The position numbers and the translations under genes are program-made. Positions 62,747-64,000 of a DNA stretch of 64,000 bases are shown here, one piece after another; position 1 is the stretch's first letter; the number at the start of each line of letters is the position of its first letter. Origin of the DNA: a virus; IMG/VR virus record IMGVR_UViG_3300038393_000351, positions 1-64,000 of that record; one strand, 5' to 3'. The notes beneath the pieces were generated by a model, which saw only the letters and a program-made list of their open reading frames with translations, made no database searches and was not told where the DNA came from.

Positions 62747-63954
62747 AGCAAAATGTCCTCGAGTGTTCTAGGTGCTTCCTTTTCATACACGTGTTTCTGA
62801 GTATGATTATATTGAAACACTAGCGGTTTAGTGACCCACTGCCTGTTTCCATTCAGTGCTTCACGAACTTCCACAGCCATGTCGTGTGCCGTCTTAACGG
62901 GAACGTTCTGACAGATGTGATTAGCCGATTTCTTTGGATCGAGAAGCTCAAAGTTCTCGGGAAGTCCCATTATCGACATAGCTTCACGATAAGTGATGAA
63001 GCGATCGTGAATTGGGTGTGTCAGGCAAGTGGGATAATGACCGACAAACGCACCGATGTAGTCCTTGGGAACAACAGTTCCGCGGCGCATTAAGTTTCCG
63101 CCGGCGTCGAGCTTAGCCTGCCTCTTGGCACACTTGGCGACTTCTCTTTCGAGACCCTGCTTCGCCATCCACTCACCGACTTGAGTGTAATTATAACCCT
63201 GAAGCTCGATATATGACAACGAATCGTTGCCGCGGGCTTTCAAGGGTTCAAGAACTTTCGTCGAGAACTCTCGATGTGAGATACCACCGTGAATCACTTC
63301 CAGAATAAATCGGTAGTATGGATCTGACTCAGAAGGTGTCCTGGGATTGATCGGATCCATCTGGGAGTTTGACTTAACGTTGATTATAAGATCTTCAATC
63401 TTCTGATGCGGCTCGTTATAGTAGTTCAAGATCGGAGTCTTATCGCCTTTCCAGAAGAAGTAGAACGAACGCTCCCGGACTTGAGGGATGCCGTGCAGGA
63501 GTGATCGCGTACGATAGAAAGAAGCTGTGTATCCATACTTCTTTCCAATGCTGATTAAGTTAGCTCGTACGTTCTGTCCAATCTTTCCGGCTAGTCCTGG
63601 AGCGTTCTCACCGAAGTACGCAGCTGGTTTAATCGTTCCCAGAACATACTCAGCTGCTTTCGGCATCCAATCGTTTGCGGGATTGTTGTCACCGTATCCA
63701 TGGGATAACTGAGACAAGCCCGCACAAGGACACGTGCTGTGAACAACGTCTACTTTAGTGTGCGGAGAATCACCGTTGTCTATTACGTAGTACGGAACGT
63801 CTTTACCAAGCGTGCTTTGGTAGTGATTGACGATGTGCTTATCGTTATTCCAAAACGCTTTGTACGAAATAAGATATTCTGGATCTTGATCAAAAGCCTT
63901 GGCTGTTCCAATATCCATTCCACCAATGAGTGGAATAATTCCCGCGAATTTCAA
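62743..63954 (-). CDS. C5 cytosine DNA methyltransferase-like
   Basis: PCAG catalytic motif, ENAP, PQVRER, R.IT.RE....G.P..F; motif I is divergent; TTG start. Confidence 0.8.
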   Translation of the reverse strand: MKFAGIIPLIGGMDIGTAKAFDQDPEYLISYKAFWNNDKHIVNHYQSTLGKDVPYYVIDNGDSPHTKVDVVHSTCPCAGLSQLSHGYGDNNPANDWMPKAAEYVLGTIKPAAYFGENAPGLAGKIGQNVRANLISIGKKYGYTASFYRTRSLLHGIPQVRERSFYFFWKGDKTPILNYYNEPHQKIEDLIINVKSNSQMDPINPRTPSESDPYYRFILEVIHGGISHREFSTKVLEPLKARGNDSLSYIELQGYNYTQVGEWMAKQGLEREVAKCAKRQAKLDAGGNLMRRGTVVPKDYIGAFVGHYPTCLTHPIHDRFITYREAMSIMGLPENFELLDPKKSANHICQNVPVKTAHDMAVEVREALNGNRQWVTKPLVFQYNHTQKHVYEKEAPRTLEDILL

Positions 63955-64000
63955 ATTACCTCTTTTCTCTATGGCAGTAGAATTTTCTTAGTAAGAAGGA

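Noticed and set aside
1-64000. Most plus-strand and nested ORFs in the supplied track
   Set aside because: They are antisense or off-frame shadows of well-supported minus-strand genes or tRNAs and lack RBS and motifs
1-64000. CRISPR array, integrase, IS element or rRNA
   Set aside because: No repeat-spacer periodicity or diagnostic motifs seen by eye

Overview
A 64 kb segment of a large T4-like tailed phage genome, coded almost entirely on the minus strand. It holds the T4-type replication core (gp45, gp44, gp62, RegA, gp43, UvsX, gp41, gp61, RNase H) and nucleotide metabolism genes (NrdA/B, glutaredoxin, ThyX, dNMP kinase, MazG-like, PhoH). Lysis genes are dispersed (GH25 endolysin, i/o-spanins, RlpA), and there is a short late/virion block. 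T4-type late promoters (nTAAATA) and early promoters (TTTACA-17-TAnnnT) are visible. Anti-defence genes are recognisable: Acb1, Tad2-like DUF2829 and a NAMPT plus NMNAT-Nudix NAD salvage pair. Two things stand out. First, five paralogous small proteins with a shared leader, a variable core and a C-terminal W-x-(S/A)-S-x(1-4)-C motif lie directly upstream of a Pol-beta-type nucleotidyltransferase, a phosphoesterase and a second nucleotidyltransferase (51.9-56.4 kb). Second, about 12 tRNAs are interleaved with many atypical tRNA-like RNAs, including a 169-nt tRNA whose anticodon loop is replaced by a ~97-nt structured domain, an RNA with a UUA anticodon, and tRNAs with unexpected variable-arm lengths. 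All calls come from motif recognition and manual base pairing; no searches or folding programs were run.
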